In this document: positions 11,507 through 20,699 of the stretch, in pieces
Position numbering within the stretch: the stretch's first letter is position 1
Layout: the number at the start of each line of letters is the position of its first letter
Program-made: the position numbers and the translations under genes
DNA from: Chloroflexota bacterium
GTDB lineage: Bacteria; Chloroflexota; Anaerolineae; J036; Brachytrichaceae
Direction: 5' to 3'
Length of the DNA stretch: 64,000 bases
Assembly: GCA_031368515.1 (NCBI GenBank)
Contig: JANMNW010000674.1
Location: forward strand, 3,969 to 67,968
The notes under the pieces: model-generated
The model's input: only the letters and a program-made list of their open reading frames with translations
Database searches by the model: none
Told to the model about the DNA's origin: nothing

Positions 11507-11931
11507 GGTATGTTCTTGATTAGCCTCCAGCAATTGCCACTTGATTCACGCTCGCAGGCCAGCTCGTCCAAGAGCGTGCGCGCGAGAAATACGCCGTAGC
11601 CGCCTTCGTGCACGTCATCCAACGCGGGATCGGGCATCGCAGCGGGGTTGAATGGCGCGCCCGAATCGCGCAGCTCGATTTCGATGCGTCGCGGGCGCTG
11701 AAAAACCGACAGGGTCGCGCGGATGCGCTGACGTTCAGGATCGCGCCCGCCCTTGTAGGCGTGCTCGACGATATTTACCGCAATTTCCTGGGCGGCCAGC
11801 TGCACGTTGTAGCAAATCGACTCGGCATCCTCGACGCCTTTCAACATGCGCAACGTGTCGGCGACGGCTTCGCGCAAATGCGCCACCTGTGACAGGCTTC
11901 CCGGAAGGTCGAGTTTCATTACTTCAGCCAT
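11503..11931 (-). CDS. Anti-sigma regulatory Ser kinase (SpoIIAB/RsbW-like GHKL ATPase)
   Basis: 142 aa. N-box-like AAQEIAVNIVEHAY and a later DSGAPFNP...GGYGVFL. 8-nt overlap with the phosphatase stop. Confidence 0.75.
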   Translation of the reverse strand: MAEVMKLDLPGSLSQVAHLREAVADTLRMLKGVEDAESICYNVQLAAQEIAVNIVEHAYKGGRDPERQRIRATLSVFQRPRRIEIELRDSGAPFNPAAMPDPALDDVHEGGYGVFLARTLLDELACERESSGNCWRLIKNIP

Positions 11932-13429
11932 GGCGTTTGATTACCAGCATTGTTTGATCATCCGACTGCTCGGCTGATCCAGAAAATCCGTGCACATCGC
12001 CCATCACCCGCGCGACAATGTCTCGCGCCGATCCAGGCGCATGCAGCTCAATCGATTCCAGCAGGCGTTCGGTGCTGAACAGCTCGCCGCCCATATCCTT
12101 TGCCTCATTCAAGCCGTCGGATGTCACGCAAAGCACATCGCCCGGCTGCAGCCGCAGCGTGTGGTCGGCACACAGGTTGAAATCCAGAACGCCAACCGGC
12201 GGCGCATCGGCTTCCAGCAGCACAGCCCGGCCGCCGCTCGGACAGAAGACCACCGGCGAATGACCCGCGTTTGCATAAACCAGTTCGCCGCTCTTGGGCG
12301 AGTAGCGCCCGACAAACATGGTCGTGAACATGGCGTTGTTGGTCATGTCGTCATACAAATCCTCGTTGGTGCGGCCAAGCACCAACGCCGGCGTGGGTTC
12401 ATGCATGAACTTTGCGTGCGTGCGCGTGGCGGTGCGAACCACCGCCATCATCATGGCAGCCGGCATGCCCTTGCCTGACACATCGCCCACATAGAACATC
12501 AGGCCGCCATCCGGTTCAGGCATCAGGTCGTAGAAGTCGCCGCCCACATCGCGCGCGGGGGCCGAAAAGGTGGCGATGTCCAGTCCTGCAAACATCCGAT
12601 CCAGGCTGGGCAGCAGGCGCGCCTGCACATCGCGGGCCAGCTGCATTTCGGCGCCCAGCCGCGCCTGGCGCAGGTTGTCCTGATATAGCAGCGCGTTTTC
12701 CAGATAGGCGCTGGTGCGGTCGGCGATCGCCCCGATCAATTTCACATCCGGCGATCCAAACACGCCGCGCGCGCTATCGGCGACGCCGACCACACAATAC
12801 ACGTCCTTGCGCACGCGAAAGCGCTTGAGGTAGAGCGAGTGTACGCCAGGGGGCAGCGCATCGCGCGCAGGCAGCCATTCGCCCGCCTCGCCGCCGGCAC
12901 AGCGCGCGCGGATGACTTCCAGCGCCGCGGTGCTGAGCTGGCCGCCCGGTGATTGCACCAGCGACGTCACGGCAACGCCGTCGCTCATCGCCGCAAACCC
13001 GGAGCGCGCATGAACCAGCCTGGCGGCTTCGCCTGCCGTATGTGTGAGCATCTCTTCGGCATTCAGATACAGCCGCGTCGACTGCGCCATGTCATATAGC
13101 GCCAGCAACTGATCCTGGCTTTCGACCAGGTCGCCGGTCATGACATCCAGATCGTTCTCCAGGCGGCTGATCGCGCCAAGCGTGCGCGCATCGAGATTCA
13201 GGCGCGCTTCGCTCCATATCGGCAGCGCCCCGCTCACGCGAAGGCGCGTGCGCGTGCCAGCGATCATCGGAGATTCAATGCTAGCCGCATCGCCCACGCC
13301 CGCAGCGCCCCACAGCTGGCGGCACTGGCCGTCGTCGATCAGCGCGAAGCTCGCCGCACCCGCCGCAAGCCAGAATTGCGCTTGCGCATCAAGCTCGCGT
13401 CTCTGACCGGATAGCAGTGAGTTTGGCAT
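11924..13429 (-). CDS. SpoIIE/RsbU-family PP2C phosphatase with N-terminal sensory (GAF-like) region
   Basis: C-terminal half contains ARDVQARLLPS, VGGDFYDL, GDVSGKGMPAAMMMA, TSDGLNEA and QSDDQTMLVIK. Confidence 0.85.
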   Translation of the reverse strand: MPNSLLSGQRRELDAQAQFWLAAGAASFALIDDGQCRQLWGAAGVGDAASIESPMIAGTRTRLRVSGALPIWSEARLNLDARTLGAISRLENDLDVMTGDLVESQDQLLALYDMAQSTRLYLNAEEMLTHTAGEAARLVHARSGFAAMSDGVAVTSLVQSPGGQLSTAALEVIRARCAGGEAGEWLPARDALPPGVHSLYLKRFRVRKDVYCVVGVADSARGVFGSPDVKLIGAIADRTSAYLENALLYQDNLRQARLGAEMQLARDVQARLLPSLDRMFAGLDIATFSAPARDVGGDFYDLMPEPDGGLMFYVGDVSGKGMPAAMMMAVVRTATRTHAKFMHEPTPALVLGRTNEDLYDDMTNNAMFTTMFVGRYSPKSGELVYANAGHSPVVFCPSGGRAVLLEADAPPVGVLDFNLCADHTLRLQPGDVLCVTSDGLNEAKDMGGELFSTERLLESIELHAPGSARDIVARVMGDVHGFSGSAEQSDDQTMLVIKRHG

Positions 13430-13470
13430 GATGACAGTGTGACGCGTGGATCTCGTATCGTGTCTGAACT

Positions 13471-13809
13471 TCAGTTTCTGCGGAAGGACAGCGCGGCCAC
13501 GCCTTCCTGCTCAGAAATGGCAATTGGAAAGGCGCGATCCAGACGCGTCAATTCAAAAATGATGCGCACCGGCTGAGCCACGCAGCTCAACGCAAGCTCG
13601 CCGCCGCGCTCGCGGCAGTGCTTCATCTGCTGCACCAGCAACGACAGCGCCGACGAGTCCAAAAAGTTCACGCCGGTCAGGTTGACCACGGCTTTGGCCG
13701 GCTTATTGGCATCGAACCAGGCGCGCACCTGCGGCACCTCGTATGCGTCAAAGCGGCCGCTCAGGCGCACGACGGGCACGCCTTCAAGATGAGTTGATTC
13801 TACTTTCAT
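13471..13809 (-). CDS. Second STAS-domain anti-sigma-factor antagonist
   Basis: MKVESTHLEGVPVVRLSGRFD..., VVNLTGVNFLDSSALSLLV. AAGGAGA lies upstream of the ATG at 13809. Confidence 0.8.
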   Translation of the reverse strand: MKVESTHLEGVPVVRLSGRFDAYEVPQVRAWFDANKPAKAVVNLTGVNFLDSSALSLLVQQMKHCRERGGELALSCVAQPVRIIFELTRLDRAFPIAISEQEGVAALSFRRN

Positions 13810-13862
13810 GTTCGGTGTCTCCTTGGGCTTCATTAATCGGCCGCAGGGCCGCACTACACAGT

Positions 13863-15077
13863 TCAGGCTGGCAACGGCTGGCTGCGATTGCGCTCGCCAA
13901 TCAGCCGCTCGAAATGCAGCAGATACCAGTCCACGACTTCGTCCATGGGCAGGCCGCGCGCGGCGCGATAGTTGCGCAACCCCATTTGCTTGCGATGCTC
14001 CGGGTAGTCGATGATCTTGCCGATCGCGTGGGCCAGGCTGTTGGCGTCATCGGGGTCAAAGAACTCGCCGGTGTATCCCTCTTCTGCAACCAGCTCGGCC
14101 AGATCGCCGATGCGCGGCAGCACCACAGCCTTGGCGTAGTCGCCGGCTTGATGCAGCACGCCGCTGCTGCCGGTGGTGCTGGTGTACGGAAACACCACAA
14201 CCGCCGCCTCGCCAAAGATTCGCCGCACGTCCTCTTCCGGCACATAGCCGGTAAAGCGAACGTTTTCCACATCGCTATAGCGCTGGCGCATGGATTCGAG
14301 ATAGCCCGCCGCGTTGGGCGAGTCTGTGCCCGCAATCACCAGTTCCAACTTCGGCCGGGCGCTGCTCTGCATCAGGCTAAACGCCTCAATCAGCCGCTCC
14401 ACCCGCTTGTATGTGCCAAACTTGCCAAAAGTCATGATCTGCAGCGGGCCGGGCGGCAGCTCAAGCGAAGGCGGCGGCGACTCGTCAAACGAGCCATGCG
14501 GCGCCAGAAGCGCATTGTCCACGCCATATTTCGCGCGCAAAATCTCTACGTACTTGGGGATGGTCAGCGCAACCATATCGGCGCTAAGCAGCATGCGCGT
14601 GGCGGCATTGCCAAATATGCGGATGGCCGATTCCATGAGCTTGTTGCCGCCGAACCCTGCATTTTTGAGATCGACCGTCTCCATGATGTTGTGCAACAGC
14701 ACGATCGTGGGCAGGCCAAGCTGTTTGACCAGCCAGGGCGCGCTCAGCCCGAGTGACGCCGGCACTTTCCCCCGGCCAAAGCTGGCGAACTGAATGTTGA
14801 ACAACACGGCATCGGGCTTGTGCTTGCTCACCGCATTGCGAATGCGCCAGGCGTTGTCGATGGCGTCGAAACGCCAGCACGGATCGACGGTCACCTTGGC
14901 GCCGGGCCCGTCAAACACATACTGCTTGCCGGCGGGCAGCTCGTCGCCAAGCAGGATCAATTCGTCCACTTCCGGCTTGCGGCGCAGATAGCGGAAGAAG
15001 TGAAAGGCATATTCGGTCAGCGATCCGCTGCTGGGCGGATGCGCGGTGACGACGGCGATGCGAAGCGTTGGTGGCAT
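13863..15077 (-). CDS. Glycosyltransferase family 4 (group 1)
   Basis: N-terminal LRIAVVTAHPPSSGSLTEY. The C-terminal VVVFPYTSTTGSSGVLHQA matches the GT-B E-x7-E region context. Confidence 0.8.
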   Translation of the reverse strand: MPPTLRIAVVTAHPPSSGSLTEYAFHFFRYLRRKPEVDELILLGDELPAGKQYVFDGPGAKVTVDPCWRFDAIDNAWRIRNAVSKHKPDAVLFNIQFASFGRGKVPASLGLSAPWLVKQLGLPTIVLLHNIMETVDLKNAGFGGNKLMESAIRIFGNAATRMLLSADMVALTIPKYVEILRAKYGVDNALLAPHGSFDESPPPSLELPPGPLQIMTFGKFGTYKRVERLIEAFSLMQSSARPKLELVIAGTDSPNAAGYLESMRQRYSDVENVRFTGYVPEEDVRRIFGEAAVVVFPYTSTTGSSGVLHQAGDYAKAVVLPRIGDLAELVAEEGYTGEFFDPDDANSLAHAIGKIIDYPEHRKQMGLRNYRAARGLPMDEVVDWYLLHFERLIGERNRSQPLPA

Positions 15078-15108
15078 GGTGGTAATTGTGATGGTTGATC
15101 GCTAACGT

Positions 15109-15882
15109 TCAGGCGGCTTGCGGGTAAATGCCGCGCCAGTTGTTGCGGAGAATGGTGACCATGTCCGTCAGAAAGCGGCGCGACTCTTTGACAGCATCGA
15201 CCTTTGAGCCGGGTGAATCGACCCAGGTCACCGGCACTTCAGCCACACGCCAGTCCCACTTCGCGGCCAGAAAGAGATGCTCCAAATCGAATGAAAAGCC
15301 GTTGATCGTCTGGGCTTGATACAGCTTTGCCGCCGCCGCGGCGGTGTACATCTTAAATCCGCACTGCGTGTCGCGTACGCCGATGCGCAGCACGTTTTGC
15401 ACGAGGAAGCGCAGCGTGCCGCTCATGACGCGCCTCACCAGCTTGCGATTGGATTCACCCGCGCCTTTCGCCGCACGCGAGCCCACGGCAACGTCGTAGC
15501 CTTCATCGGCCAGCTTTGCCAGCAGCCGGCTCAACTCCTCAATTGGCGTGGAGTTGTCCGCATCCGCGAACAGCCGATAGCGCCCGCGCGCGGCCAGCAT
15601 GCCGCGGCGCACCGCGCTGCCCTTGCCGCCATTGCGCTCGGCTTCGACCACGCACAAATTGGCCAGCCCCAGGCCCTTGCACAAGGCAACCGTGTCATCC
15701 TTCGAGCCATCATCGGTAATGATCAATTCCCAGTCAATGCCGAGATCGCACACATGCGACGCAATCGCGCCGATGGTCGGCACAATGCGCATCGCTTCGT
15801 TGTATGCAGGCACCACGATGGAAAGGTAAGGTTCTCCTTTCAAGGGCTGTGTTTTCCAGCTTTGATAGTTTTCGTATGACAT
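15109..15882 (-). CDS. Glycosyltransferase family 2 (polyprenyl-phosphate glycosyltransferase-like)
   Basis: LSIVVPAYNE, ITDDGSKDDT, FADADNSTP (DxD). ATG at 15882 lies within the longer ORF. Confidence 0.85.
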   Translation of the reverse strand: MSYENYQSWKTQPLKGEPYLSIVVPAYNEAMRIVPTIGAIASHVCDLGIDWELIITDDGSKDDTVALCKGLGLANLCVVEAERNGGKGSAVRRGMLAARGRYRLFADADNSTPIEELSRLLAKLADEGYDVAVGSRAAKGAGESNRKLVRRVMSGTLRFLVQNVLRIGVRDTQCGFKMYTAAAAAKLYQAQTINGFSFDLEHLFLAAKWDWRVAEVPVTWVDSPGSKVDAVKESRRFLTDMVTILRNNWRGIYPQAA

Positions 15883-16270
15883 GGGTCGACACTCAGATGG
15901 ACTTGAGAATTCAGTATCAGCCTTGGAGCGATCATAGGATCTAGGCGCACGCGACGGCATTGGGCCATGGGTTGATACTGCACCGCGCCTGTGGTCCGAA
16001 GGTTGTCAAACGGCCGATCCCGGCTCCGCCTTGCAGCCGAGATGCGCGCAGGGCAATCGTCGATAATCACACAAGGGTCTACGACTGCGCATGGACGGCG
16101 CACTACACCCATGATGAGTACACCGCGTTCGCAAGGGCTTTGCAAAACGGCGGATCGATCGATGGGATGCGTTGCCTGGGCGGGGCACGCGGCAAGACTT
16201 TGGTCGCGTCGCGCGAAATAGTTCTATCGACGCTGTATGCGCGGCGTCGCATCGAGATAATCAGCAGCAC

Positions 16271-18787
16271 ATGCGCCACCTTCACGCCACGCTCAGCCTG
16301 ATGACCGCCGCGGTGATACTGCTTTGGTCGCAACGCGCGGCCTCGGCGCCGCCGCAACCGGAAGGCGTGGCGAAACTGTCGGCGGCGGCGGGCGCGCCGC
16401 TGCGCGCCATCGCGCGCGCGACGAACGCGCCCGGCCAGCCGCCCGAACCGTTGCGTTTTCTCGGCGCAGATCCATCACATGCCATTCCCGTCGCAGCCGG
16501 CGGACTGGGCGCCAGCCCCGGTCCGGAAGCCATCGCCCGCGCGTTTTTGCGCCAGAACGGCGCTCTGTTTGGCGTTCGCGATGAAGCTTCCGAGTTGCGC
16601 ACGCTGCGCGTGCGTTCGACTGCCGCATCATCCGGCGAAACGCGCGGCAGTGCGCGATTCCAACAGCTGCACAAAGGCCTGCCCGTGCTTGGCGCCGAAA
16701 TGGTCGTGCAAACCAAGTCGGCCGGCGGCAAGTCGCACGTCGTTTCGACCCTCAGTCGTTTCGTGACAGGCGCGCCGCCTGCCAGCCTCGCGCCGTCGGT
16801 CAATGCTGCGGATGCCGGCGGCATCGCGCGCGCGGTGGTGGCCAAGCATCAGCACGTGCCGGAAAGCATCCTGCGCGATTCCAACGCGGGCCTATGGCTC
16901 TACAACCCCAGCGTGTTTGGCTATGGGCGAAACGTCATGTCGCTCATCTGGAAGATCGATGTCAAAGCCCAGGACCTGTTGAGCACGCCAGTGCGCGATT
17001 GGGTCTTCGTCGATGCGCGCACCGGACGCGTGCTGTTGCGCATCAGCCAGATACACGCCGCGCTCGACCGGCGCGTGTATGACAACAACAATTCGACCGC
17101 CTTTGGCCTTCCTGGCAGCGGTCCGGTCCGCACCGAAGGCGCGCCGGCCACCGGCAACATTGACGCGGACAACGCCTACACATTTACCGGCGACGCCTAC
17201 AACTTTTTCTTCCAGCAGTTTGGGCGGAACAGCCTGGACGACAACGGCATGCCGTTGACCACCACTGTCCGCTATTGCGCCGCCGGAGCAAGCTGTCCCT
17301 ATGGCAACGCATTTTGGAACGGTGAACAGATGGTTTTTGGCGCCGGCTTTGTGGTCGATGATGTCACCGCGCATGAGCTCACCCACGGAGTGACGCAGTA
17401 TGAATCCGGGCTGTTCTACTACATGCAATCGGGCGCGATCAATGAGGCATTGTCCGACATTTTCGGCGAATTTGTCGACATGACCAACGGCCAGGGCAAC
17501 GACTCACCGGCAGTCACTTGGAAGATGGGCGAAGATATGACCATCGGCACGCTGCGCGACATGCGCGATCCAACTGTGTTCAACGACCCGGACAAGATGA
17601 CCAGCTCGCTCTATGTGTGCGGCGCCACGGACAGCGGAGGCGTGCACAGCAACAGCGGCATCGCCAACAAAGCCACCTATCTGATGGTCAATGGCGACAG
17701 CTTCAATGGCGTGACCGTCACCGGCATCGGCATGACCAAAACCGCGGCCGTCTGGTATGAGGCCTCGACCAGCCTGCTCACCTCCGCCAGCGACTACGCC
17801 GATCTCAGCAGCGCACTTGAACAGGCATGCGTCAACCGAATCGGCAGCGCGGGCATCGGCGCCGGCGATTGCGACGACGTGCGCAACGCGCTACGGGCGG
17901 TCGAAATGCATTCGCAGCCGTCGTTGTGCGCCGCGCCGGAAGCGCCGGTGTGCCCGCCCGGAACCACACAGCAATCGATCTTCATGGACAACCTTGAAAA
18001 CGCCGCGTCCGGCCACTGGGTCGCCGGCGGCATTGTGGGCGGCACGCACTGGTATTACCCGCAAAACACACACAACTATGCCGACTTCGACGCGACCTAC
18101 GCCACCAGCGGTGTGCGCAATTTTTTTGGCGACGATATCAACATCCGCTCCGATTCCTTCATCGCCACGTCCGCGTCAATTGCCTTGCCGGCTGGCAGTC
18201 AGGTTTACCTGCGCTTCAACCACGCCTATGGTTTCGAATACGCCGCGGCAAACAACTATGACGGCGGCATGCTTGAATACAGCCTCGACGGCGGCGCGAG
18301 CTGGCTGCCGACTACGGGACTTGCCAGCGTCAACGGCTACGGCGGCGCCCTGTATGCCACGTCCGGAAACCCGCTGGCCGGGCGTCAAGCTTTTGTCGGC
18401 CAAAGCAACGGCTATATCAGCAGCCGCTTTGATCTGAGCCCCTTGGCCGGACAATCCGTGCGCCTGCGCTTTCGCATCGGCACGGACACCAACGTCGGCG
18501 ACTTTGGCTGGTTTATCGACGATGTGAATGTGTATCGCTGCGCCGCTCCGGGCGATCCAACGCTGACTCCCACCCATACAGCCACTCCCGCGAGCACCGC
18601 GACAGCGACCGCCACTCCAACGGTCACGTCGACCGTGACATCCACTGGCACAGTCACAATCACTGCCACACCCACAATCAGTGTGACACTTTCGGACACG
18701 CCAACGCCAATGCCTACCGAGACCGCGATTCCCACAGCCACGGCTGTGCTGCTGCCGCGCGCCGCCCTGCCGATGGTAATGCGCTAG
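16271..18787 (+). CDS. Secreted thermolysin-family (M4) zinc metalloprotease with C-terminal accessory domain and Thr/Pro-rich tail
   Basis: Signal peptide MRHLHATLSLMTAAVILLWSQRAASA. HEXXH (VTAHELTHGV) plus GAINEALSDIFGE, which supplies the third zinc ligand Glu. The C-terminal domain ends GWFIDDVNVY, followed by about 60 aa of T/P/A-rich sequence. Confidence 0.9.
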   Translation: MRHLHATLSLMTAAVILLWSQRAASAPPQPEGVAKLSAAAGAPLRAIARATNAPGQPPEPLRFLGADPSHAIPVAAGGLGASPGPEAIARAFLRQNGALFGVRDEASELRTLRVRSTAASSGETRGSARFQQLHKGLPVLGAEMVVQTKSAGGKSHVVSTLSRFVTGAPPASLAPSVNAADAGGIARAVVAKHQHVPESILRDSNAGLWLYNPSVFGYGRNVMSLIWKIDVKAQDLLSTPVRDWVFVDARTGRVLLRISQIHAALDRRVYDNNNSTAFGLPGSGPVRTEGAPATGNIDADNAYTFTGDAYNFFFQQFGRNSLDDNGMPLTTTVRYCAAGASCPYGNAFWNGEQMVFGAGFVVDDVTAHELTHGVTQYESGLFYYMQSGAINEALSDIFGEFVDMTNGQGNDSPAVTWKMGEDMTIGTLRDMRDPTVFNDPDKMTSSLYVCGATDSGGVHSNSGIANKATYLMVNGDSFNGVTVTGIGMTKTAAVWYEASTSLLTSASDYADLSSALEQACVNRIGSAGIGAGDCDDVRNALRAVEMHSQPSLCAAPEAPVCPPGTTQQSIFMDNLENAASGHWVAGGIVGGTHWYYPQNTHNYADFDATYATSGVRNFFGDDINIRSDSFIATSASIALPAGSQVYLRFNHAYGFEYAAANNYDGGMLEYSLDGGASWLPTTGLASVNGYGGALYATSGNPLAGRQAFVGQSNGYISSRFDLSPLAGQSVRLRFRIGTDTNVGDFGWFIDDVNVYRCAAPGDPTLTPTHTATPASTATATATPTVTSTVTSTGTVTITATPTISVTLSDTPTPMPTETAIPTATAVLLPRAALPMVMR

Positions 18788-19062
18788 AACTCACCCGATG
18801 ACATCTGTTGCGCCGCCCTTGACGCATCAGTGACATGCCGAACTGCAATGCCATTACCCGGATGTCACAATGCCGGCATGTGCGCGGCGGCAGGAACGGA
18901 AAAACCATATCGAATAAAAAAATCTGCTGCGCGACTTCCATCAGACCGTCTCGCGGGGCAATGCGCCGGATGACCTGGCGCGCGTTGACACAGCTTGCCG
19001 CTCGGCTGTGCCAGAAAAAGCGCTCAGCCTAGTAATCGGTCCAGTCAAGAAATTCAAGCGCC

Positions 19063-19103
19063 GAAATCACCATCCCCGCGAAGATGGCGGGGATGATGAT
19101 TTC
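19063..19103 (-). terminator. Stem-loop downstream of the DsrE-like gene (candidate intrinsic terminator)
   Basis: 17-bp stem (19063-79 / 19087-103) with a 7-nt loop. The single non-Watson-Crick position is a G.U pair only in the minus-strand RNA. The sequence after it on the minus strand is GGCGCUUGAAUUUCUUG, which is only moderately U-rich. Confidence 0.45.
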
Positions 19104-19133
19104 GGCGAGAAAAAGCTTTCCTTCGACGGGCCG

Positions 19134-19634
19134 CTAGATGAAAATCACCTGCGCGCCTTCGGTCATGTCCATGAAATCGCCGGCAGTGACGATGCCTTCC
19201 ACGCCGTCGACAAAGTCTTCTTTCGTCAGTCCAAACATGTCGACGGACATTTTGCACGCATACATTTTTGCGCCGCCGTCGAGCAGCATCTGAATGTACT
19301 CGCTCACCGTTGGAATCTCCAGCGAGGCCATCTTGTCCTTCATCACTTTGGTGGCCATGGCGGTCATACCGGGCAGAACGGCCAGCGCGTTGGGGATGCC
19401 AAGATGCCCGGGCACGCCCATCATGTCCATCTTCATGCTCGTGTGTCCGACGGGCGCAAGCTCCAAGTGATCCTGGCGCGCCTTGTTGATGATGTCCATG
19501 CCCCAGAACGTAAAGAACATGGTCACATCGATGCCGTTGCCCAGCGCCGCCCAGCCCATCACCAGGGCCGGATAGGCCATGTCCAGATCGCCCTTCGAAC
19601 AGATAAATGCGACTTTTCTATTGGATTCAGTCAT
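19134..19634 (-). CDS. DsrE/DsrF-like sulfur-relay family protein
   Basis: KVAFICSKGDLDMAYPALVMGWAALG..., conserved Cys context KMYACKMSVDMFG. ATG at 19634 lies within the longer ORF. Confidence 0.75.
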   Translation of the reverse strand: MTESNRKVAFICSKGDLDMAYPALVMGWAALGNGIDVTMFFTFWGMDIINKARQDHLELAPVGHTSMKMDMMGVPGHLGIPNALAVLPGMTAMATKVMKDKMASLEIPTVSEYIQMLLDGGAKMYACKMSVDMFGLTKEDFVDGVEGIVTAGDFMDMTEGAQVIFI

Positions 19635-19645
19635 GATGCCATCTC

Positions 19646-19963
19646 CTAAACGCAGCCTTCGGGTTTGCCCAAACCGGAGATCCGCGCCACTTTCTTGGCC
19701 GGTCCTTTCGGGAACAGCGCAAACATGTCTTTGGTGCTCAGTCCGGTTTGCGATGTGATGCGGCGCAGCGTCGGCGCCTTGCCGCTGGCCAGGCCGTCCG
19801 TGCGGCAAAACTCGATCACCTTCCAATGCGCCGGCGACAGCGCGGGTATGCCTTCCTCGGCCGCGACAGCGCTTGCAATGTCATTGTTCCACTCGTTCGG
19901 ATCGGTCATAAAGCCTTCGTCGTTCACTTGAACGGTCTTTCCTGCAATCAATTTAGTAGCCAT
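19646..19963 (-). CDS. TusE/DsrC-family sulfur carrier protein
   Basis: 105 aa. VNDEGFMTDPNEWN, HWKVIEFCR, and the family-typical C-terminus GLGKPEGCV with a penultimate Cys. Confidence 0.85.
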   Translation of the reverse strand: MATKLIAGKTVQVNDEGFMTDPNEWNNDIASAVAAEEGIPALSPAHWKVIEFCRTDGLASGKAPTLRRITSQTGLSTKDMFALFPKGPAKKVARISGLGKPEGCV

Positions 19964-20007
19964 AGTTGAATCACTCCTGGGCCGCTTGCGCTTCCCAAAA
20001 TCACCAC

Positions 20008-20697
20008 TCAGTTGTTGTGCGCCGCGCCTGCGCCTGCGGCGTTGCCGCCAATGCCGCCCACCACGCGCATGGCCAGTCCGAGCCCGCGCCGCACGTTTGG
20101 ATCGCGCATCTGCGCGAGCAGTCCGCGATACGACACATCCACGGGCGCTTCGGTCTCGCTTTCCGCCAGCGTCACGGTGGCGCGCAGGAAGTTCATTACT
20201 TCCGGCTGCGTCATCTGCTGCACGGTGCGCAGAATCAGCACCACGTTGTCGCCCAGCTGGCGCACGTCGTCTTCGGTGAACGACGTGACAATCCTGTCGA
20301 CGATGCGCGCGCCGCCGCGCGCAAACGTCATGTAACCGGCGCGGTCGAGCGCGTCCAACGATTCAGTCGCCTTGGCAAACGCGTCTTTGCCGATCGGACC
20401 GGCCACTTCGAGCAGGCCGGTCACGCTGTCAATCTGGTCCAGCGCGCTCTCGATATCCGGCAGATGCCTCAGCAGCTTCTTGACGACGCGCCCGATTACG
20501 CGAATGTCGGCCTCGGCCTGCACGTCTTCCAATTCGCGCGTCACCAGGCGCATCGCATCGCCGGCGATGGGCGACAGGTCGCGCCAAAGTTCGGCGCGGT
20601 TTTCGCGCTCTGCCGCATCGCGCCGCGTCAGCTCGGTTAGCGCGCGCACCTGCTCGCTCAGCGCGTCGATTTTGGTGTTCAGCTCTTGCAGTTCCAT
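20008..20697 (-). CDS. DUF1641-like helical protein (frequent partner of SQR-type flavoproteins)
   Basis: N-terminal coiled coil; lies 2 nt after the SQR-like stop if the ATG at 20697 is used (a GTG at 20712 is also possible). The family call is from memory of the typical SQR neighbourhood and is not motif-proven. Confidence 0.5.
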   Translation of the reverse strand: MELQELNTKIDALSEQVRALTELTRRDAAERENRAELWRDLSPIAGDAMRLVTRELEDVQAEADIRVIGRVVKKLLRHLPDIESALDQIDSVTGLLEVAGPIGKDAFAKATESLDALDRAGYMTFARGGARIVDRIVTSFTEDDVRQLGDNVVLILRTVQQMTQPEVMNFLRATVTLAESETEAPVDVSYRGLLAQMRDPNVRRGLGLAMRVVGGIGGNAAGAGAAHNN

Positions 20698-20699
20698 GA

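Noticed and set aside
13743-14756. 337-aa plus-strand ORF antisense to the GT4 gene
   Set aside because: It is a shadow ORF with no recognisable domain.
18541-18740. Thr/Pro/Ala-rich stretch in the M4 protease, considered as a tandem DNA repeat or contingency locus
   Set aside because: The low complexity is at the codon level (ACN/CCN/GCN) without an exact repeating DNA unit. It reads as a coding linker.
19029-19133. A 34-codon hydrophobic in-frame extension directly after the TAG stop of the DsrE-like gene (…LFLAEIIIPAIFAGMVISALEFLDWTDY), considered as stop-codon read-through adding a TM anchor
   Set aside because: There is no internal start. Open frames of this length are expected by chance in high-GC DNA. 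The hydrophobic look is explained by the 17-bp terminator-like hairpin at 19063-19103 that the frame crosses.
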